A stretch of DNA of 64,000 nucleotides from Chloroflexota bacterium. GTDB taxonomy: Bacteria; Chloroflexota; UBA11872; VXNJ01. This document shows, one piece after another, positions 37,572 to 46,819 of the stretch. How positions within the stretch are numbered: the stretch's first letter is position 1; every line of letters begins with the position of its first letter. A model generated the notes under the pieces. That model ran no database searches, was not told the DNA's origin, and saw only the letters and a program-made list of their open reading frames with translations. The DNA lies in NCBI GenBank assembly GCA_965261345.1, contig OZ253449.1, positions 2,144,001 through 2,208,000 on the forward strand, given 5' to 3'. The translations under genes were made by a program, and so were the position numbers.

Positions 37572-38281
37572 TCGCGCAGCTGCACGTGAATGTTGCGCGC
37601 TACGATCCCGAAGTTGACCGGACGGTGCGCTGGCAAACGTTCCAGGTGCGGCACGAAGCGGGAATGATGGTTCAGGATGCGTTGATCCAGATTCGCGACG
37701 AGCAGGATGGGTCACTGCGTTTTCGCGAAGCCGAAGCGGGCGGATTCTCGGGCCTCGGCGCGGTCGCCTTGAACGGGCGTCCGGTGCTGGCAGTTCGCGA
37801 GGAACTTCCGTCAGATAACCGCGAAATCAGAATCGGCCCGCTCCCTAATCATGGAGTGATCGTCGACCTGGTGGTCGACCTAGAAGTCGGCGACCACCGC
37901 GCGGTGAGCCTTCGTCCCTGGTTGCAGCGGGTCAGCGGCGTTTCCGATGGGCACCCGTCGGCGATGACGCGTGAACAGCTGGACCGACTGCAGCGCAGCC
38001 AATTCTGCAACCGGTGCGGAATCTGTGATGGCGCCCTTCGTTCGACTGGTCCAGATTTTGTGGGTGCTGCGTTCCTGCTAAAGACCTATCGGCTGACGGC
38101 CGACGTGCGAGACGACTTCGACCGCGAGCGAATGATATTGGCGGTCGGCAAAAACGGGCTCTGGCGTGTGGATTCCTCACAATTGGCCGGAGACTGTTGC
38201 CCCTACGGCCTTGAACCATTTGCGCAGATTGATAAGCTCCGCCGCGCTGCCGCGTTAAACGGGTTCACCGACCCGGGCTAG
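37568..38281 (+). CDS. SdhB/FrdB-like protein retaining only the [4Fe-4S] ligands
   Basis: RYDP...DALxQIRDEQDGSLxFR, PLPN..VIVDLVVD, CxxCxxC and terminal CP; ATGA coupling with the upstream gene. Confidence 0.8.
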   Translation: MIAQLHVNVARYDPEVDRTVRWQTFQVRHEAGMMVQDALIQIRDEQDGSLRFREAEAGGFSGLGAVALNGRPVLAVREELPSDNREIRIGPLPNHGVIVDLVVDLEVGDHRAVSLRPWLQRVSGVSDGHPSAMTREQLDRLQRSQFCNRCGICDGALRSTGPDFVGAAFLLKTYRLTADVRDDFDRERMILAVGKNGLWRVDSSQLAGDCCPYGLEPFAQIDKLRRAAALNGFTDPG

Positions 38282-38344
38282 TCAATTTGGGCAATCCGGG
38301 TTCGTTGGTCTCTCATCCGACCCCCGCGCAAGATTGGAACCCCC

Positions 38345-39271
38345 ATGCGACCGAAAGTTACCGTTGTAGGCGCCGGTGCCACCGGCGGCTCCACCGCCCG
38401 GCGGGTTGCCGAGCGCGGCTACGCCGACGTGGTGCTAGTTGACATTGTGGCCGGGCTGCCACAGGGCAAAACCCTGGATCTCAACCATGCCGGGTCGCTG
38501 GGCGGGTATCCGCCCAACATCGTCGGCACCAATTCCTACGATCCCTCCGCCGGGTCCGACGTCTGCGTTATCACCTCGGGATTCCCACGCAAACCGGGCA
38601 TGAGCCGCGACGACCTGCTCCTTGCCAATAAAGCGATCGTCGAGCAGGTTACCACCGAGCTGGTGAGCCGATCCCCGGAAACGATCCTGGTCATCCTTTC
38701 CAACCCGATGGATGCCATGGCACAGCTGGCAATGCAGGTATCGGGACTTCCGCGCGAGCGCGTAATTGGGCAGGGTGGAATCTTAGATTCATCGCGCTAC
38801 CGGACCTTCCTGGCATGGGAACTGGGGGTGTCCCCGGCCGACATTACCGGGTTTGTCCTGGGAGGGCACGGCGACACGATGGTCCCGGTACCAAGCTATA
38901 CGACTGTGGCCGGTATGTCGGTTAAAGAGTTGATCGCGCCCGACCGGCTTGCGGCAATAGTTGATCGGACTCGCAACGGCGGCGGCGAGATCGTGGGCCT
39001 GATGAAAACGGGCGGGGCGTTCGAGGCTCCGGGCGAGGCCTGCGCGATGATGGTCGATGCGATCTTGCTCGATCAGAAGCGCCTCTACCCCTGTGCGGTA
39101 ATGCTCGACGGCCAGTACGGGATCGACGGTACGTTCGTCGGGGTTCTGGTCAAACTTGGCGCCGCCGGCGTCGAGCAGATCATGGACTTTCCGTTGAGCC
39201 AATCGGAGTTGGCCGAGCTGCAGCGATCGGCGGCATCGGTCGGCGAATTAGTGGAAATAATGGGAATTTAG
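38345..39271 (+). CDS. mdh: Malate dehydrogenase (LDH-like)
   Basis: VGAG, PRKPGMSRDDL, NPMD, LDSSR and GGHGD motifs. Confidence 0.96.
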   Translation: MRPKVTVVGAGATGGSTARRVAERGYADVVLVDIVAGLPQGKTLDLNHAGSLGGYPPNIVGTNSYDPSAGSDVCVITSGFPRKPGMSRDDLLLANKAIVEQVTTELVSRSPETILVILSNPMDAMAQLAMQVSGLPRERVIGQGGILDSSRYRTFLAWELGVSPADITGFVLGGHGDTMVPVPSYTTVAGMSVKELIAPDRLAAIVDRTRNGGGEIVGLMKTGGAFEAPGEACAMMVDAILLDQKRLYPCAVMLDGQYGIDGTFVGVLVKLGAAGVEQIMDFPLSQSELAELQRSAASVGELVEIMGI

Positions 39272-39713
39272 GCGCCCGATCAAGGCATGTGCCGAAAGCA
39301 TTGCAATTGGCTTTGGCGTCACCCAATCGAATTTGGTTCGACTTCTTTCGCTGAAATTTAAGCGGAAACGATTGGCTCCAGTTCTCTTCCGTTGATTCTT
39401 GACGAGGAAGGAAATATTCCGGTAGGAGTTGGCATCACTGTCACTTTGGTGCTGCTCCAGCGCAGGCGCCCAGATCAGGCGCCGGCAGCTCGCAAAACCC
39501 AAAAAGCTCCCGATCAACTGGGTCCGGCGCTAGGTTGATTGCCGCCTAGGGAGCGCCGATCGTTCTATCGAGGCCCGGCGACGGCGTCAGTCCAACTGCC
39601 CAGCGAATCCGTAGGTTAAGCGTTATTGCGTCGCCCTCAACCTGGTGATCATTCCCGATTAAATCTGGCCGCGCAGCGACTATTGATAAGTCCGGGACCC
39701 GAGCGCGGGGCGG

Positions 39714-41666
39714 TCAATGTGGAGTGTCGGTTTTAAAGCTCGCTGAATGGCGTCTATCCCACGCCAGCGCGCCCAGCCATCCCGCCAGCGCAACTGCCGC
39801 CAACGAACCGGCAACCCACCGGACACTGCCCACGAGATCTCCCGCCAAATCCTGAACCGCTCGCAGGACATAGTCCGCGGTCAACTGGCTCGTACCGGCG
39901 AACGGTCCGTCGGCGAGGTCGATCATTCCTTCCCGGGCCGCGGAAAATCCGGCCGCGGAGGCGGCTTCAAAGACCGGCCAGAGAAGAATTGTGAGCGTCA
40001 ACGCCGCAATGAACAAAACCGCTGATGCCCACGCAATCCTGCCGGGCCAGCTAACGCCACCTAATAACCCGATTACAACCAACATGCCCAGCGCCACCAG
40101 ATACGAAATCCACCCGTACTGGCGCACGGCCCTGGACGCATCGCCCAATGCCTGCAGCCCTGTCCCTATCGAATCCTTAGAAGCTTCGTCCTCCAAACTT
40201 CCAATCGAAAAGACATAACCGTCGGCAAAAAACGTACGGATGTCGTCAAAATCGGCCAGGTTTCCGCCCGCCGCGAGATCTTCCCGAAGATCTGTTTGGT
40301 CATATGAATACCCTTCGGCCAACAGCCGGCGCCATTCGTCCAAGGCTTTGAGCGCCCCTGGGCCGCCAGCGCTATTTACCACGTCCCGCAGGTGAGATTC
40401 CGAAAACACGACCGAGTCCGGAAGTGGGTCAAGGACCAGGGTCTGAACCAGGCTGGCGGTCCGGGCCGTAACCGAGTCCAGGAGCTGGCTTCTCAGGATT
40501 CCGGGAGGAAGGCAGGCGGGAAGGTCGGGATTTTCCAGCGTTAAGGTCAATTCGCCAAGATCGGGCCCGGATTCACAGTCGGGGAGGGAATTTACAACCG
40601 CTGTGACCTTTTGGTCGGCCAGTCCGGTCAGGCCCAACTGCGCCGCCTGTTTGTTGGGTTCAATCGAAATTTGGGTTGTGAAGCCATCCGACCGTCCCAG
40701 GAGATAGTCGCTGGCGTCCTCGATGAAAATTTCGGCTTGTCGATCGACCAGATCCGGCGGCGCGAACTCGAGCAGCGCGTCGGTGATTTCAGCGCTGGTT
40801 ATTACCTGTCCAAACGGAACCTCCACTCCGACACCCAGGATTGGCTCGATCGCTGGCGCAATAACGTATTGGCTCAGCAGGTCGATGGCGGCGTCGCCGC
40901 CCAGGATCGCCTTGAACTCGGCTGCGGTGGCATCCGTCAGCTCTTCGGTAATGCGGATCTGCACCTCGAAGCCGTCGGAATCGGCGATTAGATACGACGA
41001 AACCTGCCGCACGGAATGCTCGGTCAATCCCGCAATCCATTCAGGGGTGATCACCCGAACCGCGGACTCGGCCAACCGCTCGCTCGCGACCGCATTTCCC
41101 CCGAAGGAAAGGGTCGCAATGTTCGACGCCTCCGTGGAGCTGGCAAACGATTCAATCAATCGGTCGCGAACCAACGGGCGAATTTCGTTTCGGAGAAGCC
41201 ATTCATAAGTGCCCGCCTCACGCAGGAGCTCCAACGACCCGTCGACCATGCCCCGCACCGGCTCAGTGGCGTTGATCCGAATCGCCACCTGATCCTGTTC
41301 CCCGGCAATGATTTGACCGATCGCCAGCGCAATCGGCGCAACGATCGCCTCCAACTTTTGCGGCGAGAGGCCAAGATGCACGGCCTCCAAGATCTGTCGG
41401 TTCGTTAACCCGGATTCGGCAAGAACATTCCGTCGAACATCCACGCCAAGTTCGGCTGGATCGGCAGCACGCACGTCGTTGAGGACCGACGCCAACAAAT
41501 CAACCACCAGAAATTGATAAACACCGCGTTTTTCGAGCTGCTGCGGATAGAAGCTTGGCTTTAGAAATGTGTCGTTTAGTCCGAACACGAAAAGCGCAAC
41601 CATCAGGGTGGGAAGAAGGATCGTCCCCCCAAGGGCAGCTATGGAGCGACGGAATAGCAGCATCAC
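39714..41666 (-). CDS. Hypothetical membrane protein with a large repeat-containing soluble region
   Basis: 650-aa ORF; one N-terminal and about three C-terminal TM helices; internal repeat. Confidence 0.75.
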   Translation of the reverse strand: MMLLFRRSIAALGGTILLPTLMVALFVFGLNDTFLKPSFYPQQLEKRGVYQFLVVDLLASVLNDVRAADPAELGVDVRRNVLAESGLTNRQILEAVHLGLSPQKLEAIVAPIALAIGQIIAGEQDQVAIRINATEPVRGMVDGSLELLREAGTYEWLLRNEIRPLVRDRLIESFASSTEASNIATLSFGGNAVASERLAESAVRVITPEWIAGLTEHSVRQVSSYLIADSDGFEVQIRITEELTDATAAEFKAILGGDAAIDLLSQYVIAPAIEPILGVGVEVPFGQVITSAEITDALLEFAPPDLVDRQAEIFIEDASDYLLGRSDGFTTQISIEPNKQAAQLGLTGLADQKVTAVVNSLPDCESGPDLGELTLTLENPDLPACLPPGILRSQLLDSVTARTASLVQTLVLDPLPDSVVFSESHLRDVVNSAGGPGALKALDEWRRLLAEGYSYDQTDLREDLAAGGNLADFDDIRTFFADGYVFSIGSLEDEASKDSIGTGLQALGDASRAVRQYGWISYLVALGMLVVIGLLGGVSWPGRIAWASAVLFIAALTLTILLWPVFEAASAAGFSAAREGMIDLADGPFAGTSQLTADYVLRAVQDLAGDLVGSVRWVAGSLAAVALAGWLGALAWDRRHSASFKTDTPH

Positions 41667-42613
41667 CTAACCCTACGCCGAGCCTGCGCCGTTGGGCGGT
41701 GATGACCGACGACACTGGTTGGTGCCGGGTTCGCTGAGCAACAACAGGGTTCGCGTCCATTATTTTTACCCGGTTCAACCGGCTTTTTGCCCTCCATCAA
41801 CAGTTCAATCCGGTGACTGGGCACTGCAAATTTAAGTACTGGCACGCGGTGCGCGATGCGGTCCCTGACGGGTGCAGCAACCATCGGATTGGAATGGATC
41901 TTGCCCGAATGGAAAAGACCGGGCTTGGGGTGAATCCCCATTGGCGGTGTTAATAGCGCTCGGCAATCGGGGCGGAGAGGATCTCGGCCTCATCGGTTCC
42001 CTGAGGAAGACAACCCAGGTCGCAATTAATTGAGAATGTTGGCGTAGTCGAGCCTGCGCAGGACCCCCGGGGCAGCTCGAGGTCGCACTTTGCTGCCAGA
42101 AGGTCTAGGTCCCAAGCGGAAGGGCGCTGCAATCACGACTGACCGACCCGCTTCCACCAGCTATTGACCGATGGCGCGGAGGGCGCACGCTTTGCCGGTG
42201 CCGAGCAGGCCAAACGTTGGCGCGGCGGTGACGGTTCCGCCAGTAATTTCAGCCGAAACCCCGCAAAGCAGGGCCGGCACCATCTACATTGGCACCAACT
42301 GAAAATCTTGGCGCAAGCTGGGATTTGGGCCGCGCCCGCTGGAGACCGGGCGGGGCGAAACGCTCCAATCCGAAATGGGACCTTTGGAGCACGCAGGCCA
42401 ACGAGTGCCGTGGTAACCGGCAGCTACGAACGTCGGCCTATGCAATTTGGACACCCGCAACCGGTTGCGGTCCAGGTGGAAAAACTATGGCCCGGAAGCC
42501 CCAACTGCCCCTTCGTCGCGCAACCGGTCGCGCGGATATCGAAACAATTGTTCCGACCGGTCCCGATTCAATTCAACTTCCGGTTAGGGCCTTACCTGCC
42601 CGGTCCGTGCCCG

Positions 42614-43375
42614 CTAACGCCTGCCGCGAAATACCCGGCCAAGCAATCGCTGTAACGGATCATAGGCCTCATCGGCGACTCGTTCTTTGAGCGGGATTAT
42701 CGCGTTGTCGGTGATCTTAATCCCTTCCGGGCAGATGTCGGTGCAGCATTTGGTTATGTTGCAAAACCCCAACCCGTGGACTCGCTGCAACTCGTCGCGC
42801 CGATCGAGCGTGTCAAGTGGATGCATCTCGAGGGCGGCCGCATAGACCAACAGACGCGGCCCCACGAATTCTTCGTGCAAAGCGCTCGAACGAAGTACGT
42901 GGCATACGTCCTGACAGAGAAAGCACTCAATGCATTTCCTAAATTCCTGGACCCGGTCAATATCGCCCTGCTCCATGCGCCAACCGCCGGCGGCCTGTTC
43001 CTCGGTGGTCTGCGAGCGCGGTTCAAATTTGCGAATCGACTGTTTGGCGCGGTAATTCCAACTGACATCGGCGACCAGGTCGGTAAGGACCGGAAAGGCC
43101 TTCAGTGGAGTAACGTAGATTGGCGCTTCGATGTCCAGTTCGTGGAAACCGGTCATGCAGGCCAGCCGCGGGCGGCCGTTGATCTCCATCGAACAGGATC
43201 CGCATTTGCCGGCCTTGCAGTTCCAGCGACAGGCCAGCGAGGGGTCGGCGTTGGCCTGTATCCAATGCAGGGCGTCGAGGACCACCGTCCCCTCTTCGAG
43301 CGGCACCTGGAAATCCTCGAATCGGGTTTGACCGGCATCGCCGCGCTGGACCCGGAGGGTTGCTTGCTCAGACAT
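42614..43375 (-). CDS. sdhB: Succinate dehydrogenase iron-sulfur subunit (Sdh1-type)
   Basis: CKAGKCGSC...C, CIECFLCQDVC and CNITKCCTDICP motifs. Confidence 0.93.
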   Translation of the reverse strand: MSEQATLRVQRGDAGQTRFEDFQVPLEEGTVVLDALHWIQANADPSLACRWNCKAGKCGSCSMEINGRPRLACMTGFHELDIEAPIYVTPLKAFPVLTDLVADVSWNYRAKQSIRKFEPRSQTTEEQAAGGWRMEQGDIDRVQEFRKCIECFLCQDVCHVLRSSALHEEFVGPRLLVYAAALEMHPLDTLDRRDELQRVHGLGFCNITKCCTDICPEGIKITDNAIIPLKERVADEAYDPLQRLLGRVFRGRR

Positions 43376-43379
43376 GGTG

Positions 43380-45182
43380 CTAGGGCCCGTCGATGATGGC
43401 TTGGAGGTCGGCTGGCGGCTTGGGCAACGGTTCGGTGACCACGATCATTTCACCGCGCGAGTCCTGTTTGACGATTACCGACTTCTCGCTCCATTCGGGC
43501 AGGCTCGCGGGATAGTCGTCGCGGGTGTGGCCTCCACGACTTTCTTTGCGTTCCCGGCCGGCCAGCGCGCTGGCCCGGGCCAGGATCAGGACGTTATGAA
43601 AGTCGAGGGCTTGGTGCCAACCCACGTTGAAGGAGGAACCGCTGGGGATCGGCGCCCGGCTGGCCCAGCTGGCATATTGATCCAGTTCGCCGAGGGCCTC
43701 TTCGAGGTCGCTCGCGCGGCGGATTATTCCGACCTTGTTATCCATCATCGCCTGCAGGCTGCCCAGCAAAGCGAATGGGTTCTCCTTGCCGCGGGCTGAA
43801 AAAGGAGCCAACGCGTCGGCCTGGGCGGCGTCGATAGTCGATTGCGCCGGTTTTACCGGGTGCGGATTGGCCAGTGCCGCCCGGGCGGCGTATTCGCCGG
43901 CGCGCTTGCCAAATACCAGCAGATCGGTGAGCGAATTCCCGCCGAGGCGATTGGCGCCATGCATTCCTCCGGCAGCCTCCCCCGCGGCGAAGAGCCCCGG
44001 TATGCTGGCGGCCTGGGATTCGGACTCAACCCGGATCCCGCCCATGATGTAGTGGGCGGTGGGCCCCACCTCCATGGCGGTCTTGGTGATGTCGACCCTG
44101 GCCAGTTCGGAGAACTGGTGGTACATGGATGGAAGACGTGAGCGGATGTCCTGGGCCGATCGTTGCGAGGCAATATCGAGAAACACCCCACCGTGCGGTG
44201 ACCCCTCGCCGGCATCGACCTGGCGCAGGATTGCCCGCGCGACCTCGTCGCGGGTTAGCAGCTCGGGTGGACGACGGGCCTGTTTGTCGCCGGCCAGCCA
44301 ACGCCGGGTCTCGGCTTCGCCGTCGGCATATTCGCCCTGGAACATCTCGGGCACGTTGTCGAACATGAATCGCTGTCCGGATCGATTTCGCAACACCCCG
44401 CCCTCGCCGCGGACCGCTTCGGTGACCAGAATGCCGCGAACCGATGGTGGCCAGACCATGCCGGTCGGGTGGAACTGGATGAATTCCATGTCGATTAGTT
44501 CGGCCCCGGCCTTCCAGGCCAGGGCGTGACCGTCGCCGGTCCCTTCCCAGGAATTGGTGTTGATCGCCCACGCCCGGCAGGCCCCGCCGGTGGCAATTAC
44601 CACTGATTTGGCGGCGATTGCCAGCATTTTGCCGTCGGATCGCTGGTAGGCGAATACCCCGACAACTCCCGACTCCTCAACCAGCAGACTGGTCACCGCG
44701 CATTCCATGTGAACGGAAATTCCCTGGTGGATGCCGTGGTCTTGGAGGGTCCGGATCATCTCCAGGCCGGTGCGATCGCCAACGTGGGCCAGGCGCGGAT
44801 AGCGATGACCGCCGAAATTGCGCTGCAGGATCAGGCCGTCGGGGGTTCGGTCGAACACCGCTCCCCAGGCCTCCAATTCGCGGACCCGCGCGGGGGCCTC
44901 CTGCGCGTGGATCTGGGCCATCCGCCATTGCCCCAGGAGCTTGCCGCCGCGCATCGTATCGCGGAAATGGACTTCCCAGGAATCGCGCGGGTCGGTGTTG
45001 CGCAGAGCCGCGGCCATTCCGCCCTCAGCCATGACCGTGTGGGCCTTGCCAAGCAGCGATTTGCAGATTACCCCGACGCTGGCCCCCTCGGCGCGGGCGG
45101 CGATCGCCGCCCGCAGGCCGGCCCCGCCGGCCCCGACGATCAGGACGTCGTAGGCGAGTTGTTCGGGCGTCGGCGCATTCAT
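43380..45182 (-). CDS. sdhA: Succinate dehydrogenase flavoprotein subunit (Sdh1-type)
   Basis: KAHTVMAEGG, QFHPTG, TEAVRGEGG, TRDEVAR, PTAHYIMGG and HGANRLGGNSL all intact. Confidence 0.93.
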   Translation of the reverse strand: MNAPTPEQLAYDVLIVGAGGAGLRAAIAARAEGASVGVICKSLLGKAHTVMAEGGMAAALRNTDPRDSWEVHFRDTMRGGKLLGQWRMAQIHAQEAPARVRELEAWGAVFDRTPDGLILQRNFGGHRYPRLAHVGDRTGLEMIRTLQDHGIHQGISVHMECAVTSLLVEESGVVGVFAYQRSDGKMLAIAAKSVVIATGGACRAWAINTNSWEGTGDGHALAWKAGAELIDMEFIQFHPTGMVWPPSVRGILVTEAVRGEGGVLRNRSGQRFMFDNVPEMFQGEYADGEAETRRWLAGDKQARRPPELLTRDEVARAILRQVDAGEGSPHGGVFLDIASQRSAQDIRSRLPSMYHQFSELARVDITKTAMEVGPTAHYIMGGIRVESESQAASIPGLFAAGEAAGGMHGANRLGGNSLTDLLVFGKRAGEYAARAALANPHPVKPAQSTIDAAQADALAPFSARGKENPFALLGSLQAMMDNKVGIIRRASDLEEALGELDQYASWASRAPIPSGSSFNVGWHQALDFHNVLILARASALAGRERKESRGGHTRDDYPASLPEWSEKSVIVKQDSRGEMIVVTEPLPKPPADLQAIIDGP

Positions 45183-45961
45183 GCCGCGATCAAGATCAAG
45201 CGCGGGTCGATGACGGTCTCGGTGGCCACCAGGCGGACGTAGACATCGACCAGAGCGACCCAGATGAGCGAGAACCAGGCCCAGTTGCCGTGGCGCAGGT
45301 TAAAGAATGTCGCGATTTTCCAGAGTCGACCGCGGGTTCGATTCACCAGTGAACAGGAGAAGCAATCGACCCGCCCACCGACCAGGTGGCGGAGCGAGTG
45401 GCATCCCAGTACGTAGCCGCCCAGCGAGACCGCATTAACGACCATGAGCACCGTGCCCAGTCCCACTCCGAAGCCCTCGCTAAAGAAGAAGGCCAGTATT
45501 GCGTCGTAGACGAAGATCACCACCAGGGCCAGCGCGAATGGCAGGGCATAGCGGTGCAGGTTCTGCCAAATCAGCAGTCGGCGCTCGCCCGAATAAGGAA
45601 GGTTGAGGCGGCCGACCGCGCAAGCCGGCGGCGAAAGGAAGTAGGAGCGGTAGTAGGACCGGCGGTAGTAGTAGCAGGTGATGCGAAAGGACAGCGGGGC
45701 CCAGAGGATTAGCAGGGCCGGCGTGCGCAGCCATCCAGGCCACCAATCGGGCCAGACAAACCCGGAAAAATGAGGTGAATAAAAGGGTGATAAATAGGGC
45801 TCGGCGACGTGATGTTCGTTTTGGGCACCCTGCAATATGACCCAACCCGAATAGAGGATGAACGCGCCAAAAATAAGACCGAAACGCAACGGTTCGACCC
45901 ACCATCGGTCAACCCGCAGGGTCTGCCCAAGGCGCGCGTTGGCGGCCGGTATGCTAGCCAT
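45179..45961 (-). CDS. Succinate dehydrogenase membrane anchor (Rv0249c/Sdh1-like)
   Basis: YLSPFYSP, FRITCYYYR, QNLHRY, GCHSLRH and HxxWAWxSL motifs; first gene of the sdh operon. Confidence 0.88.
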   Translation of the reverse strand: MASIPAANARLGQTLRVDRWWVEPLRFGLIFGAFILYSGWVILQGAQNEHHVAEPYLSPFYSPHFSGFVWPDWWPGWLRTPALLILWAPLSFRITCYYYRRSYYRSYFLSPPACAVGRLNLPYSGERRLLIWQNLHRYALPFALALVVIFVYDAILAFFFSEGFGVGLGTVLMVVNAVSLGGYVLGCHSLRHLVGGRVDCFSCSLVNRTRGRLWKIATFFNLRHGNWAWFSLIWVALVDVYVRLVATETVIDPRLILIAA

Positions 45962-46081
45962 GGCGGAAATGCCCCACCTATCGCCTGGGAACGAATGCAC
46001 GAAATCTCCACTTAGGATAGTTTGTGCGGGCTTCCAGATTGGCCGCCGCCGCCCGGCACGGATAAGAAAATTGGGCTACCG

Positions 46082-46154
46082 GCCCCCGTAGCTCAGGGGA
46101 CAGAGCAGCTGCCTTCTAAGCAGCGGGCCGCGTGTTCGAATCACGCCGGGGGCA
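46082..46154 (+). tRNA. tRNA-Arg(TCT)
   Basis: GCCCCCG/CGGGGGC acceptor, GCTGC-CTTCTAA-GCAGC anticodon arm, TGTTCGAATC T-arm. Confidence 0.94.
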
Positions 46155-46185
46155 CCGAAGTTAGCGCTCGCATTACGAGGCGAAA

Positions 46186-46818
46186 TTGAACATGGTGGAG
46201 GGGCGCTCGCCGCTATCTGATCAGGACCGCGAGATGTTGGCCAGCTGCGGGGCGCTGCGGCTGCGCGGGGCGTTGCTGCCCGAGATTGGCGAGCTGGAGG
46301 CCGGTTTCGAACGGGCCTGGGGCGGACGCGAACGCCGCCGGGCGGATGGGCGCCAGGCGGCGGCCCAGTTCCTTGATCTTGACCCGAGCCTTGCCGGCCT
46401 GCGCACGCACGCCTTGATCAATCATCTCCAGGCTGAACTGGTGGCCGGGACCATGCTTGCCCAGGTCGCCAGCACCGGCAATCTGCACGCCGGCGATACG
46501 CCCTGGCACGTTGACGGGGTGGGGCGTGTCGGGCCACAGATCCGGATCAATATCTACCTTGATCCGGTACGACGCGGTAAGGGCTGTCTCCTGGTGATAC
46601 CGGGTTCGCACCGGTTCGCGGGCCTGCAGATTGCGGGGCGGGTTGACCGCCCGGCAATCCTGCCGCTACCGAACTGGTATGACGAATCTTCCGGCTCGAT
46701 CGCCCTCGAATCGGATCCGGGCGACCTGATAATCATTGATCGTCGCGTAATTCACGCCGCCCTTGGCGGCGGCCGTCGTCGCCGAATGTTTAATCTGGAC
46801 CTAGCGGAGGTCGGATAA
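46186..46818 (+). CDS. Phytanoyl-CoA dioxygenase (PhyH) family Fe(II)/2OG protein
   Basis: WHVD, YLD...GCLLVIPGSH, PGDLII..R..H and terminal RR motifs. Confidence 0.82.
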   Translation: MNMVEGRSPLSDQDREMLASCGALRLRGALLPEIGELEAGFERAWGGRERRRADGRQAAAQFLDLDPSLAGLRTHALINHLQAELVAGTMLAQVASTGNLHAGDTPWHVDGVGRVGPQIRINIYLDPVRRGKGCLLVIPGSHRFAGLQIAGRVDRPAILPLPNWYDESSGSIALESDPGDLIIIDRRVIHAALGGGRRRRMFNLDLAEVG

Positions 46819-46819
46819 A

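Noticed and set aside
36006-38281. Calling these canonical sdhA/sdhB, nadB or pseudogenes
   Set aside because: Catalytic residues shared by Sdh, Frd and NadB are absent, yet there are no stops or frameshifts.
39272-39713. Short ORF 39248-39517 or ncRNA after mdh
   Set aside because: No recognisable motif or fold; left unannotated.
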